Shown here: positions 36,424 to 46,541 of the stretch, one piece after another
Layout: every line of letters starts with the position of its first letter
How positions within the stretch are numbered: position 1 is the first letter of the stretch
DNA from: Bacteroidales bacterium
Lineage (GTDB): Bacteria; Bacteroidota; Bacteroidia; Bacteroidales; UBA10428
Reading direction: 5' to 3'
Length of the DNA stretch: 64,000 nt
NCBI GenBank assembly: GCA_016934395.1
Contig: JAFGSZ010000057.1
Span: 19,421 to 83,420 of the forward strand
The notes under the pieces: model-generated
The model's input: only the letters and a program-made list of their open reading frames with translations
Told to the model about the DNA's origin: nothing
Database searches by the model: none
Made by a program: the position numbers and the translations under genes

Positions 36424-37956
36424 TCAATTGCCCAATATTACTGTTGAATAATTTGTGGTATCCAATAAAACATTCACTGCCGGTCCCAGGAAAGAATCCC
36501 TGATGTCTGGCAATATAAGCAGGCTCAATCCAAGGCACAATACAGCCATAAATATCATTACAGCCGTCATGGAAAGAGGAACCTCTTTAATAACTTTCTT
36601 TGGCGCCGAAGTATTAAAAAATGCATACCGCTGAAATTTCATAAACGATGCAAGGGTAATAATACTTACCACAACAGCCAATACTGCCAGTAAATAAAAT
36701 CGTGCCTGAACAGCAGCAAGTATAATAATAAGCTTACTAAAGAAGCCATTAAAAGGAGGGATTCCTGAAATGGCCAGTGAGGCGCTTAATGAAGTTACCG
36801 ATGTAACCGGCATTTTTGAATACAAACCTCCCATTTTTTTAAGGTCCCGTGTTCCCAGGGTATATTCAATTGCCCCGGCATTTAAAAATAACAATCCTTT
36901 AAAAACTGCATGATTCACAAGATGGAACAAACCGCCACCAATGGCTAAAGCTGCCAGGGTTTTATTCCCATTCTTTGCAAGTATAAGCATACCCATGCCT
37001 ACACCAAGAATTACATAGCCCATCTGGCTGATGCTGTGGTAAGCCAAAAGCCGTTTCAGGTCCCACTGGCCAATAGCAAGAAACACCCCAACCACCATCG
37101 ACAGTGTTCCAATGGCCGTGATTAATACTCCTATATCAAAAGAGATAACATACATGTTAAAGAATAACCGGAACAGCACATATAATCCGGCAGCTTTAAT
37201 TACCACACCCGACAGCATAGCCGATATGGGTGAAGGAGCTGATGAATGGGCATCGGGTAGCCATCCGTGAAATGGCATAATAGCAGCTTTAAGTCCAAAA
37301 CCGGCAATAAGCATAAGCTGTGAAAATTCTATAAGCCGGTGGTCCTCACTGGTCTGAAGTATTTCGGAAATATCAGCTATATTCAGTGTTTTTGTGTACC
37401 AGTATATCAGGCCAATGCTGAACAGAATCATGGCTGTGGCTATTCCTCCCAATACCTGATATTTAAAAGATGCTTCCAGTTCTTCTTTTTCAGTGCCAAA
37501 AGCAACCAGGGCATAAGATGCGATTACGGTTATTTCCAGAAAAACATATAAATTAAAAAGATCTCCGGTAAGTACAATCCCGTTTAATCCGGCTACCATA
37601 ATACATAATAATGTATAGAAATTGTTTATGCCGGTATACTTTTCGATATAAGAAACCGAATACAATGCTGAAAGAAACGCCATAACATTAATGATACAAA
37701 GCATAAAAATGCTGAATGAATCAAGAACCAGATATATGGCAATAGGTATATTTTCAACAGGTTCCCATCCCCCGATTTTATAAATTATCGGACTAAAGTC
37801 TGATAAAAAGATATAATTCAGGCTTAGCAATAGCAAACATAAAAATGCTGTAAGTGTAATTATTTTACTGAAGCCTTTGATTAACCTTCCGATAACCGGA
37901 ACAAGAAAAGCAGAAGCTAAAGGAATTACTATAAATAAAGGTATCAGGTTATGCAT
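36424..37956 (-). CDS. MrpD/NuoM/N-like antiporter-type subunit
   Basis: 510 aa, about 14 TM helices, with proton-antiporter-M motifs (GFGLKAAIMPFHGWLPDAH, LLAYHSISQMGY). Confidence 0.85.
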   Translation of the reverse strand: MHNLIPLFIVIPLASAFLVPVIGRLIKGFSKIITLTAFLCLLLLSLNYIFLSDFSPIIYKIGGWEPVENIPIAIYLVLDSFSIFMLCIINVMAFLSALYSVSYIEKYTGINNFYTLLCIMVAGLNGIVLTGDLFNLYVFLEITVIASYALVAFGTEKEELEASFKYQVLGGIATAMILFSIGLIYWYTKTLNIADISEILQTSEDHRLIEFSQLMLIAGFGLKAAIMPFHGWLPDAHSSAPSPISAMLSGVVIKAAGLYVLFRLFFNMYVISFDIGVLITAIGTLSMVVGVFLAIGQWDLKRLLAYHSISQMGYVILGVGMGMLILAKNGNKTLAALAIGGGLFHLVNHAVFKGLLFLNAGAIEYTLGTRDLKKMGGLYSKMPVTSVTSLSASLAISGIPPFNGFFSKLIIILAAVQARFYLLAVLAVVVSIITLASFMKFQRYAFFNTSAPKKVIKEVPLSMTAVMIFMAVLCLGLSLLILPDIRDSFLGPAVNVLLDTTNYSTVILGN

Positions 37957-37959
37957 ATC

Positions 37960-38298
37960 TTATCCTTTTAAACTGGTTACCTTACGAATATCAAATGTGC
38001 CGAACTTCTTGTATATTCGAATCGCCATAGTAAGCAACATGCCTTTGGTGGCCAAACCAATAACAATAGCAGTAAGTACCATTGCCTGGGGTAAAGGATC
38101 TACAAAATTCGTTTGTGCCGGATTTCCGGTGAGAATTGGTGCACTGGCATTTTCAATATATCCGATGAGTACCAGGAACAGATACACGCTAAACTCCATG
38201 AAGGATAATCCAATCACAATCTTAATAATGTTACGGCTCGTAAGAATTCCGAAAAGGCCTACCTGGAATAGTATAAAACATAAAATGTATACAATCAT
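37960..38298 (-). CDS. MrpC/NuoK-like subunit
   Basis: 112 aa, 3 TM helices, with a conserved PLPQAMVLTAIVIG segment. Confidence 0.8.
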   Translation of the reverse strand: MIVYILCFILFQVGLFGILTSRNIIKIVIGLSFMEFSVYLFLVLIGYIENASAPILTGNPAQTNFVDPLPQAMVLTAIVIGLATKGMLLTMAIRIYKKFGTFDIRKVTSLKG

Positions 38299-38732
38299 GT
38301 TGATATCTCTTCTTTATAAATAACCAAAGCGAGAAAAATAGTAAATAATGCAGCCGCAACCTCAACGCCAACCGCAATATTGTACAAAGGAATTACCCCT
38401 GCACTGATGAGTTCGCCTATGTTGCCCTTAGGCAAATAGTTACTGAAAAATATTGTTGTTCCAATAAAAAATGCAAGTACTGCCAGTAGTAAAAAAAACA
38501 GTATCGCCACACTTTCCACAACTGATGAACCCTCTTCCCGGCTTTTCAGGTTCATTACATTGCTGCCAAAGGCAAGCACGAGTAATATAAAAGCGCCCGA
38601 TATAACAGCCCCTCCGGCAAAACCGCCACCGGGAGTAAGGTGCCCATGGACAATAATATAAATGCCATACATAAAAATAATACCAACCATAAGCTGGGCA
38701 ACTTTTTTTACTATGGGTGACATTCCGTGCAT
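38295..38732 (-). CDS. MrpB/MnhB-like subunit (C-terminal part, MbhF-like)
   Basis: HGHLTPGGGFAGG motif, 4 TM helices. Confidence 0.75.
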   Translation of the reverse strand: MHGMSPIVKKVAQLMVGIIFMYGIYIIVHGHLTPGGGFAGGAVISGAFILLVLAFGSNVMNLKSREEGSSVVESVAILFFLLLAVLAFFIGTTIFFSNYLPKGNIGELISAGVIPLYNIAVGVEVAAALFTIFLALVIYKEEIST

Positions 38733-38751
38733 ATCTTAATATTAAATTGTT

Positions 38752-39309
38752 TTACTTCCTGCCTTTTAATCTTAAAATAGTCAACACACCAACCACTGCA
38801 GTAAACAGTATAGTTATTTCCCCCAGGGTATCATATCCCCTGAAATCGAAAATTACCCCGGTAACCAGGTTGGCGCTTCCGGTTTTTTCTGCTGCATGTT
38901 CTATATAAGCCGATGACATGCGTGTAACATGCTGACCGAGGGGTTCAAGTTTATCAATAGCCTGGTTAAAGAAAAAAAGGAAAAACAAAGCCAGTACGAT
39001 TACGGTAAGTACATTAAAAACATACTTGGCATTGATATATGAAACTCCTTTTTCTTTTAGTACAATAGTCTCTTTCAAATCTTCTCGGGTACTATCCAGC
39101 ACAACTGCAACCATTATAATCAGTGTTATGGATTCTACAACAATCTGAACTATTGCCAGGTCTGGAGCTTTTAGCAGCAAAAAACAGATGACCAGTCCAT
39201 ATCCCACAATTCCACAGGCAATCAGCGCCGATAGTAAATCTTTTGCAAATAATGCATAAAGCGCCCCGGCAATCATAAACAATAACAATATGGACAGAAT
39301 CAATTCCAT
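38752..39309 (-). CDS. MrpA C-terminal/DUF4040 + MnhB N-terminal-like subunit (MbhD/E-like)
   Basis: A TM-rich N-terminus and the NLVTGVIFDFRGYDTLGE motif of the MnhB domain. Confidence 0.7.
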   Translation of the reverse strand: MELILSILLLFMIAGALYALFAKDLLSALIACGIVGYGLVICFLLLKAPDLAIVQIVVESITLIIMVAVVLDSTREDLKETIVLKEKGVSYINAKYVFNVLTVIVLALFFLFFFNQAIDKLEPLGQHVTRMSSAYIEHAAEKTGSANLVTGVIFDFRGYDTLGEITILFTAVVGVLTILRLKGRK

Positions 39310-39322
39310 GTATGCAACCTTT

Positions 39323-41200
39323 TTACATTAAAAGAAAAATAAACATAATAATAAGCCCGGCAAGTACCCAGAAAGCCAGGTTCGATAAAATTCCATTATG
39401 GGCAGCGCTAAAAAAATGACTGATTTTTAATACACTATTTTTTGAGAGTTCATAAATATCAAACCATTTTTTCTCTGCCGCTTTATAGAAAATTGAGAAG
39501 AATGAGGAATTTTTAATCGTATCATAAAACTCAGTGGTTTCAAATCCTGCCTGGTCCCTAAAGGTTTCTCCGCCAATAAAACTGTCTTCTGTTCTGAATT
39601 TTTTAAGGGTAAGTGTAAAATATATAGCGATGCCAAGCAGAATGGAGATAATTATCAACAGAGATATAGCAGAAGAATTCCAAAGGCCGGAATATAAAAT
39701 TTCACCGGTAACAGGTGTAAAAATTTGTGGTATTACCCGGTTTGAAGCCATAACCCCAAAACCAATGCAGGCAACTGCCAGGATAATTTGTGGCAGCCAC
39801 ATTAGCCAGTTAACTTCCTTAATTTCCTTTAATGATGTTTTTTGCCGTCCCAGGAATATTCCGGATATAAATTTTATGAAGCTGGCCAGTGTAAGGGCCG
39901 AACCAATAACTGCAAGCGCAAGCCAGAGTATCCATAGTTGATTGGCAATGCCTGTACCGGTACCAAATTCAATAATTCCCTGGTAGATGAGCCATTTAGA
40001 TGCAAATCCGTTTAATGGCGGAATTCCGGAAATTGATAACGCAAATACAAGGGCACAAATAAATGTTACCGGCATAAATTTACTTAGCCCCCCGAGTTGT
40101 TCAAGATTGTCTTTTCCGGAAGCTTTCTTAATACTTCCTGCTACAAGAAATAGTCCGCTCTTGTATAGTGCATGATTGACCATATGAAATAATCCACCAA
40201 CAATACCGAGCACTGAACCTAATGCTATTCCGGTAACCATATATCCTACCTGAGAAACGGCATGATATCCGAGAAGTCTTTTATAATTGTGCTGAACAAG
40301 GGCCATCATTACTGCAATAATAATGGTAGAAGTTCCTAAAATGAGCACAACCAGCCTTATCCAGCTGCTTACCTCAAAAAGGTCGTTAAATATTCGAGCC
40401 AGAAAATATATTCCCAGCAATTTATCAAGCGAAGCCGGCAGATAAGCTGATGCAGGAGCAGGAGCCGATTCCGTGTAATCCGGAATCCAGGTATGGAAAG
40501 GAAAAGCTCCGGCTTTTGTAAAACTGCCTACCAAAAGACAGAAAAAGGCTGTAATGCTTAAACCGTTGGTTGTAGGAATACCTGCCCGGGTAAAATCAAA
40601 GCTTCCCGAAATTTTCCAGAGTATAGCAATACCTAATATCATTAAACCATCGGAAGCCCCGACAAGGATTAAGGTTTTTTTAGCTGCTGCCGAGCTTATC
40701 TCATCGTGAGCGTTTATAAGCTTATACAGTGTAATTCCAAGGAAACCCCAGAAAAATACAAACACCAGTAAATTGCCTGTTAAAACAGTTATTACCGACG
40801 CGCCCAGGGTAAATAACATATATGAATAAAAATGGGAAATGCTATTTTCTTTTGCAGTGAATGCTGTATAGTATATGGTTATGAGAAATGAAAAAAAGCA
40901 AATAAAAAGGCTCACCAGCCGGGCCAGGGGATCAATATTGCACAGCAGAAGACTACTGGCGGCTACATTAAAATAAGTTATACCGGCAGGTAAAACAGAA
41001 TACTGCTCATGAAGTGATGCGGCAGAATATAAAACAAAAGCAAAATATAGTGAAATACCGCTAAGCATAACCGCAATAATTCCTTTTGTTATTTTAAGTT
41101 TTTCAGGAATAAGAAAAAACAGAATACCTGCAATTAAAGGCAACATGCAAGTGTAAACAACAGGATTAATCAGGTTAATATGCATGAAGTTTTCTTCCAT
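39323..41200 (-). CDS. MrpA/NuoL-like antiporter-type subunit
   Basis: 625 aa with motifs KAGAFPFHTWIPDYTESAPAPASA and LLGYHAVSQVGYM. This is the second antiporter-like subunit in the operon. Confidence 0.85.
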   Translation of the reverse strand: MEENFMHINLINPVVYTCMLPLIAGILFFLIPEKLKITKGIIAVMLSGISLYFAFVLYSAASLHEQYSVLPAGITYFNVAASSLLLCNIDPLARLVSLFICFFSFLITIYYTAFTAKENSISHFYSYMLFTLGASVITVLTGNLLVFVFFWGFLGITLYKLINAHDEISSAAAKKTLILVGASDGLMILGIAILWKISGSFDFTRAGIPTTNGLSITAFFCLLVGSFTKAGAFPFHTWIPDYTESAPAPASAYLPASLDKLLGIYFLARIFNDLFEVSSWIRLVVLILGTSTIIIAVMMALVQHNYKRLLGYHAVSQVGYMVTGIALGSVLGIVGGLFHMVNHALYKSGLFLVAGSIKKASGKDNLEQLGGLSKFMPVTFICALVFALSISGIPPLNGFASKWLIYQGIIEFGTGTGIANQLWILWLALAVIGSALTLASFIKFISGIFLGRQKTSLKEIKEVNWLMWLPQIILAVACIGFGVMASNRVIPQIFTPVTGEILYSGLWNSSAISLLIIISILLGIAIYFTLTLKKFRTEDSFIGGETFRDQAGFETTEFYDTIKNSSFFSIFYKAAEKKWFDIYELSKNSVLKISHFFSAAHNGILSNLAFWVLAGLIIMFIFLLM

Positions 41201-41201
41201 C

Positions 41202-42386
41202 TTACAGTTTCAATAGTTTATCTGTTTGTTTTTGTGATATTCGTATCAATTCCTCTCCTCCCAGTATCTTGTGCCCTGATCCAAAATCATAGACACTGGC
41301 CAGTCGTTCGGTGCAGCAATAACATGGGTCAACTGCTGCCAGGGAAATGGTAGCATCGGATATCGTTTGACCGATACACGATTTTTTAAATGTGGCGATA
41401 TTCACATAGCTGGGGGCGCGAATTTTATGACGCACCGGGTAATTTGAACCATTCGTTTTGGCAAAATGAAACACTTCACCACGCGGAGCTTCGGCATGCC
41501 CTGTCCCTATTCCTTCCGGAATGTTTTTCACAACAATCTCAGTTTGTCCTTCGGGTTCTTTCTTTAAACCGTCCAGGCATTGTTCGATAATTGAAACGGA
41601 TTCATACATTTCAAGCAGCCGAACCTTGGCTTTTGCAAATACATCACCCTCTTCGGCCGTAATTACCTTCCAGTTTATAAGCGGATAAGCAGCATAGGGA
41701 TCGTCTTTTCTGACATCAATAGCTATCCCGGAGGCTCTTGCTGTAGGACCCACAGCAGCAAAATCTATAATATCTTCTTTTGTAAGTATACCCACGCCTT
41801 TTGTACGGGCATGGATTACCGGATCATCCATTACGGCTCCAGTTAACAGATCGGTTTTTTTCTTTACCAGATCCAGTATTTTTTTTATCTCAGGAATTTT
41901 ATCATTTTCTATATCCCGACGTACACCACCAATTTTAAACATGGCATAGCTGTTCCGGTTACCTGAAATTTTTTCAAATAAATCCAATACGGGTTCCCTG
42001 TACTTCCAGGCCCACATAAATACCGTATTGTACCCGAGAAAATGACCGGCTAGTCCCACCCACAATAAATGACTGTGTATCCGCTCCAACTCTGCAATTA
42101 TAGTACGTATATATTTCGCCCGGTTTGGGACTTCAATTTCCCCGATTTCCTCGATACAATTTGCAAATGCAAAAGGATGAGAAGTGGAACAAATCCCGCA
42201 TACTCTTTCAACGAGAAAAAATACCTGGTCAAAAGTCTTACTCTCGCTTAGCTTTTCTATTCCCCTGTGATTGTATCCCGTTTCCCATTTAACATCTTTT
42301 ACAATCTCTCCTTCGCAATACAATTTAAACAATTCAGGTTCTTCCTGAAGCGGATGGTAAGGCCCTATGGGAATAATTTTACTCAT
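41202..42386 (-). CDS. Group-4 membrane-bound [NiFe] hydrogenase large subunit (NuoD/MbhL/HycE-like)
   Basis: N-terminal RVCGICSTSH and C-terminal DPCYCCTER, followed by a ~33-aa extension. Both Ni-binding Cys pairs are present. Confidence 0.9.
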   Translation of the reverse strand: MSKIIPIGPYHPLQEEPELFKLYCEGEIVKDVKWETGYNHRGIEKLSESKTFDQVFFLVERVCGICSTSHPFAFANCIEEIGEIEVPNRAKYIRTIIAELERIHSHLLWVGLAGHFLGYNTVFMWAWKYREPVLDLFEKISGNRNSYAMFKIGGVRRDIENDKIPEIKKILDLVKKKTDLLTGAVMDDPVIHARTKGVGILTKEDIIDFAAVGPTARASGIAIDVRKDDPYAAYPLINWKVITAEEGDVFAKAKVRLLEMYESVSIIEQCLDGLKKEPEGQTEIVVKNIPEGIGTGHAEAPRGEVFHFAKTNGSNYPVRHKIRAPSYVNIATFKKSCIGQTISDATISLAAVDPCYCCTERLASVYDFGSGHKILGGEELIRISQKQTDKLLKL

Positions 42387-42395
42387 TTAAATCTT

Positions 42396-42830
42396 TTATT
42401 TTTCAATTCGATATGGGTAAACGCCTTCAGCCCAGTTTCCTTCTGAAATTAATTTCTCCAGATTGGGATGATTTAAAAAATCAATTCCCAGTATTTCATG
42501 CATCTCCCGTTCAATCCAGTTAGCAGCCTCAAAAAGCCCTGTTAAGGATTCAATTGCAGTTTTTTTTGCTGGCAGAATTACATGCAGGTTTACTATCTCC
42601 CCATTTTTATCATTGCTGAAATGGTAATAAATCTCAAAACCCAGATTTGACTGAAGCGCTGAAGCAATAATAAACCGGTAATGAAGATTACTAAAAAGAA
42701 AGTCTGAAATTTTCACAACAGCATCGGGCGAAATATGCACAAAAATTCTCCTGTTATTCTTTTTTTCAATCAGAATAACCTTATCCTTAAAATGCTTTTT
42801 TAATTCGTCTATCTGGAAATCTTTTTCCAT
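42396..42830 (-). CDS. NuoC/MbhK-like subunit
   Basis: 144 aa with the ANWIEREMHEILGI motif typical of NuoC/HycE-N. Confidence 0.85.
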   Translation of the reverse strand: MEKDFQIDELKKHFKDKVILIEKKNNRRIFVHISPDAVVKISDFLFSNLHYRFIIASALQSNLGFEIYYHFSNDKNGEIVNLHVILPAKKTAIESLTGLFEAANWIEREMHEILGIDFLNHPNLEKLISEGNWAEGVYPYRIEK

Positions 42831-42840
42831 ATAATAATCC

Positions 42841-43275
42841 TTATGCAGATTTATGTTGTTCCGGTTTTTTATTCAGCAACTTTACAATTCCGGCAAGTAT
42901 GGCTTCAGGCTTTGGCGGACATCCCGGGATATAGGCATCTACCGGGATAATTTTATCTACCGGGCCTGCAAATGTGTTGCCTTCGGCAAAAATTCCTCCT
43001 GTACACCCACATGCGCCAATGGCCACTACCAATATGGGCTTCGGCGCCTGATGGTAAATCTCCAGCAGTCTTTTCTTATCTTTCTGGTTTATCGATCCGT
43101 TTACAAGCAATACATCGGCATGGCGTATACTGCCCACCAGTAGCATACCAAAACGTTCCACATCGTATCGCGGGGTAAGGCAGTCCAGGATTTCAATATC
43201 ACAATTATTGCATGATGCCCCACCGAAGTGAAACAGCCAGAGTGATTTTTTAAAACAAAATTCTTTAAAACCCAA
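42841..43275 (-). CDS. Group-4 [NiFe] hydrogenase small subunit (NuoB/MbhJ-like)
   Basis: FGGASCNNCDIE, GACGCTGG and GCPP motifs. The TTG at 43275, 11 nt after the NuoH-like stop, is preferred over the ATG at 43341, which would overlap the upstream gene by 55 nt. Confidence 0.85.
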   Translation of the reverse strand: MGFKEFCFKKSLWLFHFGGASCNNCDIEILDCLTPRYDVERFGMLLVGSIRHADVLLVNGSINQKDKKRLLEIYHQAPKPILVVAIGACGCTGGIFAEGNTFAGPVDKIIPVDAYIPGCPPKPEAILAGIVKLLNKKPEQHKSA

Positions 43276-43286
43276 TGTAATAAAGT

Positions 43287-44216
43287 TTATAATCCAAATA
43301 AAATTAATACAATAGCAATAATTACCAGAAGATTCATCCATACAAAGAAAAATCTCATGGCCTGATCAATCCGTACCCTGGGATTGGTATTTCTTATCAG
43401 CGTCAGCAACAATACTATTCCCAACAGCTTTAGCACTGACCACAAAATATTCAAGCCGTTAAACTGCAAACCGCCCAGAAACAAGGAACAAAGAAATACC
43501 GGCAAAATAAACAGCATACTATATTTTGCGAGCTTAATAAAGGCATAAGGGGTACCTGAATATTCGATAAAAAAACCATGGGTGATTTCGGTTTCTGCTT
43601 CGGCCATATCAAAAGGGACAAGACCCAGTTTTGCCTGAACTGTAAATACCGCAACTATAAATAGTAATACCCCTGAGATGCTCCCAATAAATGGTGAATC
43701 TTCCTGCACCAATAAAATTTCGTTCAATTTAATACTCATGTTTGCTTTCAGGATTATTGCTGCAATTATGAGTAAAAAGGTAAGCTCATAACTAACGATA
43801 AGCTTCATTTCTCTTGATGCCCCTACAGCCGCCAGTGGATTACCAGAGGCCAGGGCCCCTATGATATAGGTTAACGAGGGTATCGTGAGCAAATAAAAAA
43901 TTACGATAATATCACCGCTAAAACCCGATTTAATATTTAAAACCGGAAGAAGAATCAGTAAACCGGCCAATAATGCTCCGGTAAGTGAAAAAACCGGGGC
44001 TAACAAAAAAGTGATTTTTGATCCCTTTGCCGGTAAAATGGTTTCTTTTACAAGGAGTAGTTTAAAAAAATCGTAAAAAGGCTGCAAAAAAGGTGGTCCT
44101 TTTCTGAATTGAAGCCAGGCAGTAATTTTTCTGTCGAACCAGGCCAAAATACCTCCTGAAACTGCTACAAACAGAAAACCTGGATAGATTATATAATAGA
44201 ATAAATCCTTTAACAT
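43287..44216 (-). CDS. NuoH/MbhM/HycD-like membrane subunit
   Basis: 309 aa, about 8 TM helices, with RKITAWLQFRKGP and PFDMAEAETE motifs. Confidence 0.85.
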   Translation of the reverse strand: MLKDLFYYIIYPGFLFVAVSGGILAWFDRKITAWLQFRKGPPFLQPFYDFFKLLLVKETILPAKGSKITFLLAPVFSLTGALLAGLLILLPVLNIKSGFSGDIIVIFYLLTIPSLTYIIGALASGNPLAAVGASREMKLIVSYELTFLLIIAAIILKANMSIKLNEILLVQEDSPFIGSISGVLLFIVAVFTVQAKLGLVPFDMAEAETEITHGFFIEYSGTPYAFIKLAKYSMLFILPVFLCSLFLGGLQFNGLNILWSVLKLLGIVLLLTLIRNTNPRVRIDQAMRFFFVWMNLLVIIAIVLILFGL

Positions 44217-44217
44217 A

Positions 44218-44688
44218 TCAGGACCATATTGATTCTTTAATAAGTATTTTTTCGTTTAATGCATAGATATTTTCGTCAGGATTTGCATCCTTTTCAATAA
44301 TACAAATCACATCATCGGGAAATAATTCTGCAAACTGGGTTAAACTATTTTCATCGGTTATATTGAAAAATTTGTACCCCGAGGTTTTTACTTCAAATAA
44401 ATCATTCATCAGGGTGCCAAAGGGACAGATCACGATACAGGATTTGCAGCGTATGCAAAGATTTACAGCACGTGACACAATGCCGTTTTCTTCCTTCTCA
44501 AGAGCCTTGGCCGGACAGGCATTGATGCATGGCGCATTTTCACACCGTCTGCAGGTATATAAAAATGTTGCCAGTTCACGAACGGTTTTAAATGACTTGG
44601 CAGGATTACCAGTCAGAAGCACGGCATCGGCTTTTGAATCGGGAAAATCCCGTAATTTAAGTAAATCGATTAACAACTTTTTACTCAT
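44218..44688 (-). CDS. 2x[4Fe-4S] ferredoxin-like subunit
   Basis: CRRCENAPCINACP and CIRCKSCIVICP motifs. The ATG at 44688 (MSKKLL), 10 nt after the upstream stop, is preferred. Confidence 0.75.
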   Translation of the reverse strand: MSKKLLIDLLKLRDFPDSKADAVLLTGNPAKSFKTVRELATFLYTCRRCENAPCINACPAKALEKEENGIVSRAVNLCIRCKSCIVICPFGTLMNDLFEVKTSGYKFFNITDENSLTQFAELFPDDVICIIEKDANPDENIYALNEKILIKESIWS

Positions 44689-44698
44689 TCCTTTGCAT

Positions 44699-45523
44699 TT
44701 AAATCCAGATATCCGGCTGATCTTTAATTTCATCGTATGTAAATACCGGCCCGTCTTTACACACGTAATATTTTCCCATCATACAGTGCCCGCATTTTCC
44801 CAGGCCGCAGGACATATTTTTTTCCATCGACAGATAAATTTTTTCTTCGGGATATCCCAGTTCCAGTAATTTCAGGGTTCCGAATTTCATCATTACGGGA
44901 GGTCCGCAAACCACAGCAACAGATTCAGCAATATTTACATTAATATCATCAAGCAATACCGTAACCACACCTTCTTTCTCTTCCCAGGTTTCATCGGCAT
45001 GATCAACACTGCGTAACACTTCAAACTTTTCAATTTTTTTAAGTTCATCCACAAATGGCTTATAAATACATTCATCGGGGGTTTTGGCACCATAACACAG
45101 TGTAACTTTTTTAAATTTTTCCTTTTCAGCAATTAAGTTATACATTAAAGAACGAATAGGTGCAAAACCACAACCGCCTCCAAGAATAACCACTTCCTTC
45201 CCATAAAATTTATCCAGGGGGTACCCCCTTCCGTATGGACCCCTGATCCCAACCACATCGCCACGTTTTAAAGCATGAATTTTTTCTGTTACATATCCGG
45301 CTTTCATTACGGTAACTTCAATCTTTTTTGTTTCCAGGGGCGAAGACGAGGGAGTGAATGGCGCTTCACCATAACCATTTATGGTAAGTTCGATAAACTC
45401 ACCCGTTTTGAAAAAGAATTCCTTTTCCGGAATCAGCACAAAAGATTTTATCATGGGCGATTCTTTAATCACCCGGTCAACGGTAGCTTTTATGGGTTTA
45501 TATATATTATGGTTTCCCTGCAT
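44699..45523 (-). CDS. FAD/NAD(P)-binding 2Fe-2S oxidoreductase (sulfhydrogenase gamma / AsrB / PyrK family)
   Basis: RGPYGRGY, ILGGGCGFAPIRS, and a C-terminal MSCGLGKCGHCMMG. Confidence 0.85.
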   Translation of the reverse strand: MQGNHNIYKPIKATVDRVIKESPMIKSFVLIPEKEFFFKTGEFIELTINGYGEAPFTPSSSPLETKKIEVTVMKAGYVTEKIHALKRGDVVGIRGPYGRGYPLDKFYGKEVVILGGGCGFAPIRSLMYNLIAEKEKFKKVTLCYGAKTPDECIYKPFVDELKKIEKFEVLRSVDHADETWEEKEGVVTVLLDDINVNIAESVAVVCGPPVMMKFGTLKLLELGYPEEKIYLSMEKNMSCGLGKCGHCMMGKYYVCKDGPVFTYDEIKDQPDIWI

Positions 45524-45535
45524 ATATATTATTTA

Positions 45536-46537
45536 TTACAAAGAGGCCATCTGTATAAAAATTTCATTTTTATTTATATTACCAATGCACGTGTCAATGC
45601 ATCGCCCGCAACCGGTACAGGCAATGGATTTATATTTTTCCGGCCGCCATACATATTTACACATGTATCGGTTTCTGAACCTCATATACTTCTTTTTTAG
45701 CGGATCTTCACCGGCAGCAATTCTTTCAAATCCCAGGTACTGACAAGCGTCTGTCTGTCTCACTTTTTCAAAATCCGGCCGGTCTACCAAAAGAAAACAG
45801 GTACAGGTTGGACAAATAACAGCGCATGCCCCGCACGATACGCAGTTCTTTGAATATTCCTCCCATTTATCATTTTCCGATTTTTTAATAAGGGCTCCTG
45901 TATGTTGATAATCCGGTAGCCGGGTATTTTTTTTCTCCAGCATTTTTTTAACCGAATTTCTTTTCTCCTGAAGTTTCTTTAGGATATCTAGTCCGGCTTC
46001 AGTGAGCTGAAAATTTAAAATCATTTCATTGACCAACTTCTCCCCTTTTTCAGAATTGGAAAAAATTATAAAATCGTCGTTTATTGCTGATAAGGAAAGA
46101 TCAAAATTAACTTCAGGCCAGGGATTGATATTATAGGAAACACAATGACAATGTTCCTGTATCTCGTAACAATCACTTCCAATTAGAATGGTGTTTTCCC
46201 TGTTAAAGTTATATACTGTATCCGTATGATCAGGATCAAGATAAATTTCATCAAGAAGTTCAAGCGCCTTTAAATCGCATGCCGGAACTCCGAGAATTAT
46301 ATTTTTATTGTGAATCTCTCTCTCAATAACTACATTCTCCTTAATAGGCAATAAAAAAGCTTTGAGAGGGGTAACAGGCTTAGCTGCAAAATAGGACAGG
46401 TTATTTAATTCAGGACTATATTCCTCATATTCAATAATATTATTATTATTGACCGGAACAAACATGTTATGAGAATTGGTAAGGAGAGTGAGATATTTTA
46501 ACCAGGAATGTTTGTGTATTTGGAATCCTTTTTTCAT
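45536..46537 (-). CDS. 4Fe-4S protein (sulfhydrogenase beta / AsrA family)
   Basis: CVSCGACAVICPTCTCF and CTGCGRCIDTC motifs. The ATG at 46537 (MKKGFQ) is preferred over 46582. Confidence 0.8.
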   Translation of the reverse strand: MKKGFQIHKHSWLKYLTLLTNSHNMFVPVNNNNIIEYEEYSPELNNLSYFAAKPVTPLKAFLLPIKENVVIEREIHNKNIILGVPACDLKALELLDEIYLDPDHTDTVYNFNRENTILIGSDCYEIQEHCHCVSYNINPWPEVNFDLSLSAINDDFIIFSNSEKGEKLVNEMILNFQLTEAGLDILKKLQEKRNSVKKMLEKKNTRLPDYQHTGALIKKSENDKWEEYSKNCVSCGACAVICPTCTCFLLVDRPDFEKVRQTDACQYLGFERIAAGEDPLKKKYMRFRNRYMCKYVWRPEKYKSIACTGCGRCIDTCIGNINKNEIFIQMASL

Positions 46538-46541
46538 TTTT

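Noticed and set aside
42841-43341. Longer ATG-initiated model of the NuoB-like small subunit
   Set aside because: It would overlap the NuoH-like gene by 55 nt and add a Cys/Ile/Phe-rich N-terminus not expected for NuoB-type subunits. A TTG at 43275 gives the usual ~10-nt spacing seen at neighbouring junctions. The choice remains uncertain without ortholog alignment.
44363-44869. 168-aa + strand ORF across the ferredoxin/gamma-subunit junction
   Set aside because: It is antisense to two genes with strong Fe-S and FAD motifs, has no motif of its own, and spans a gene junction.
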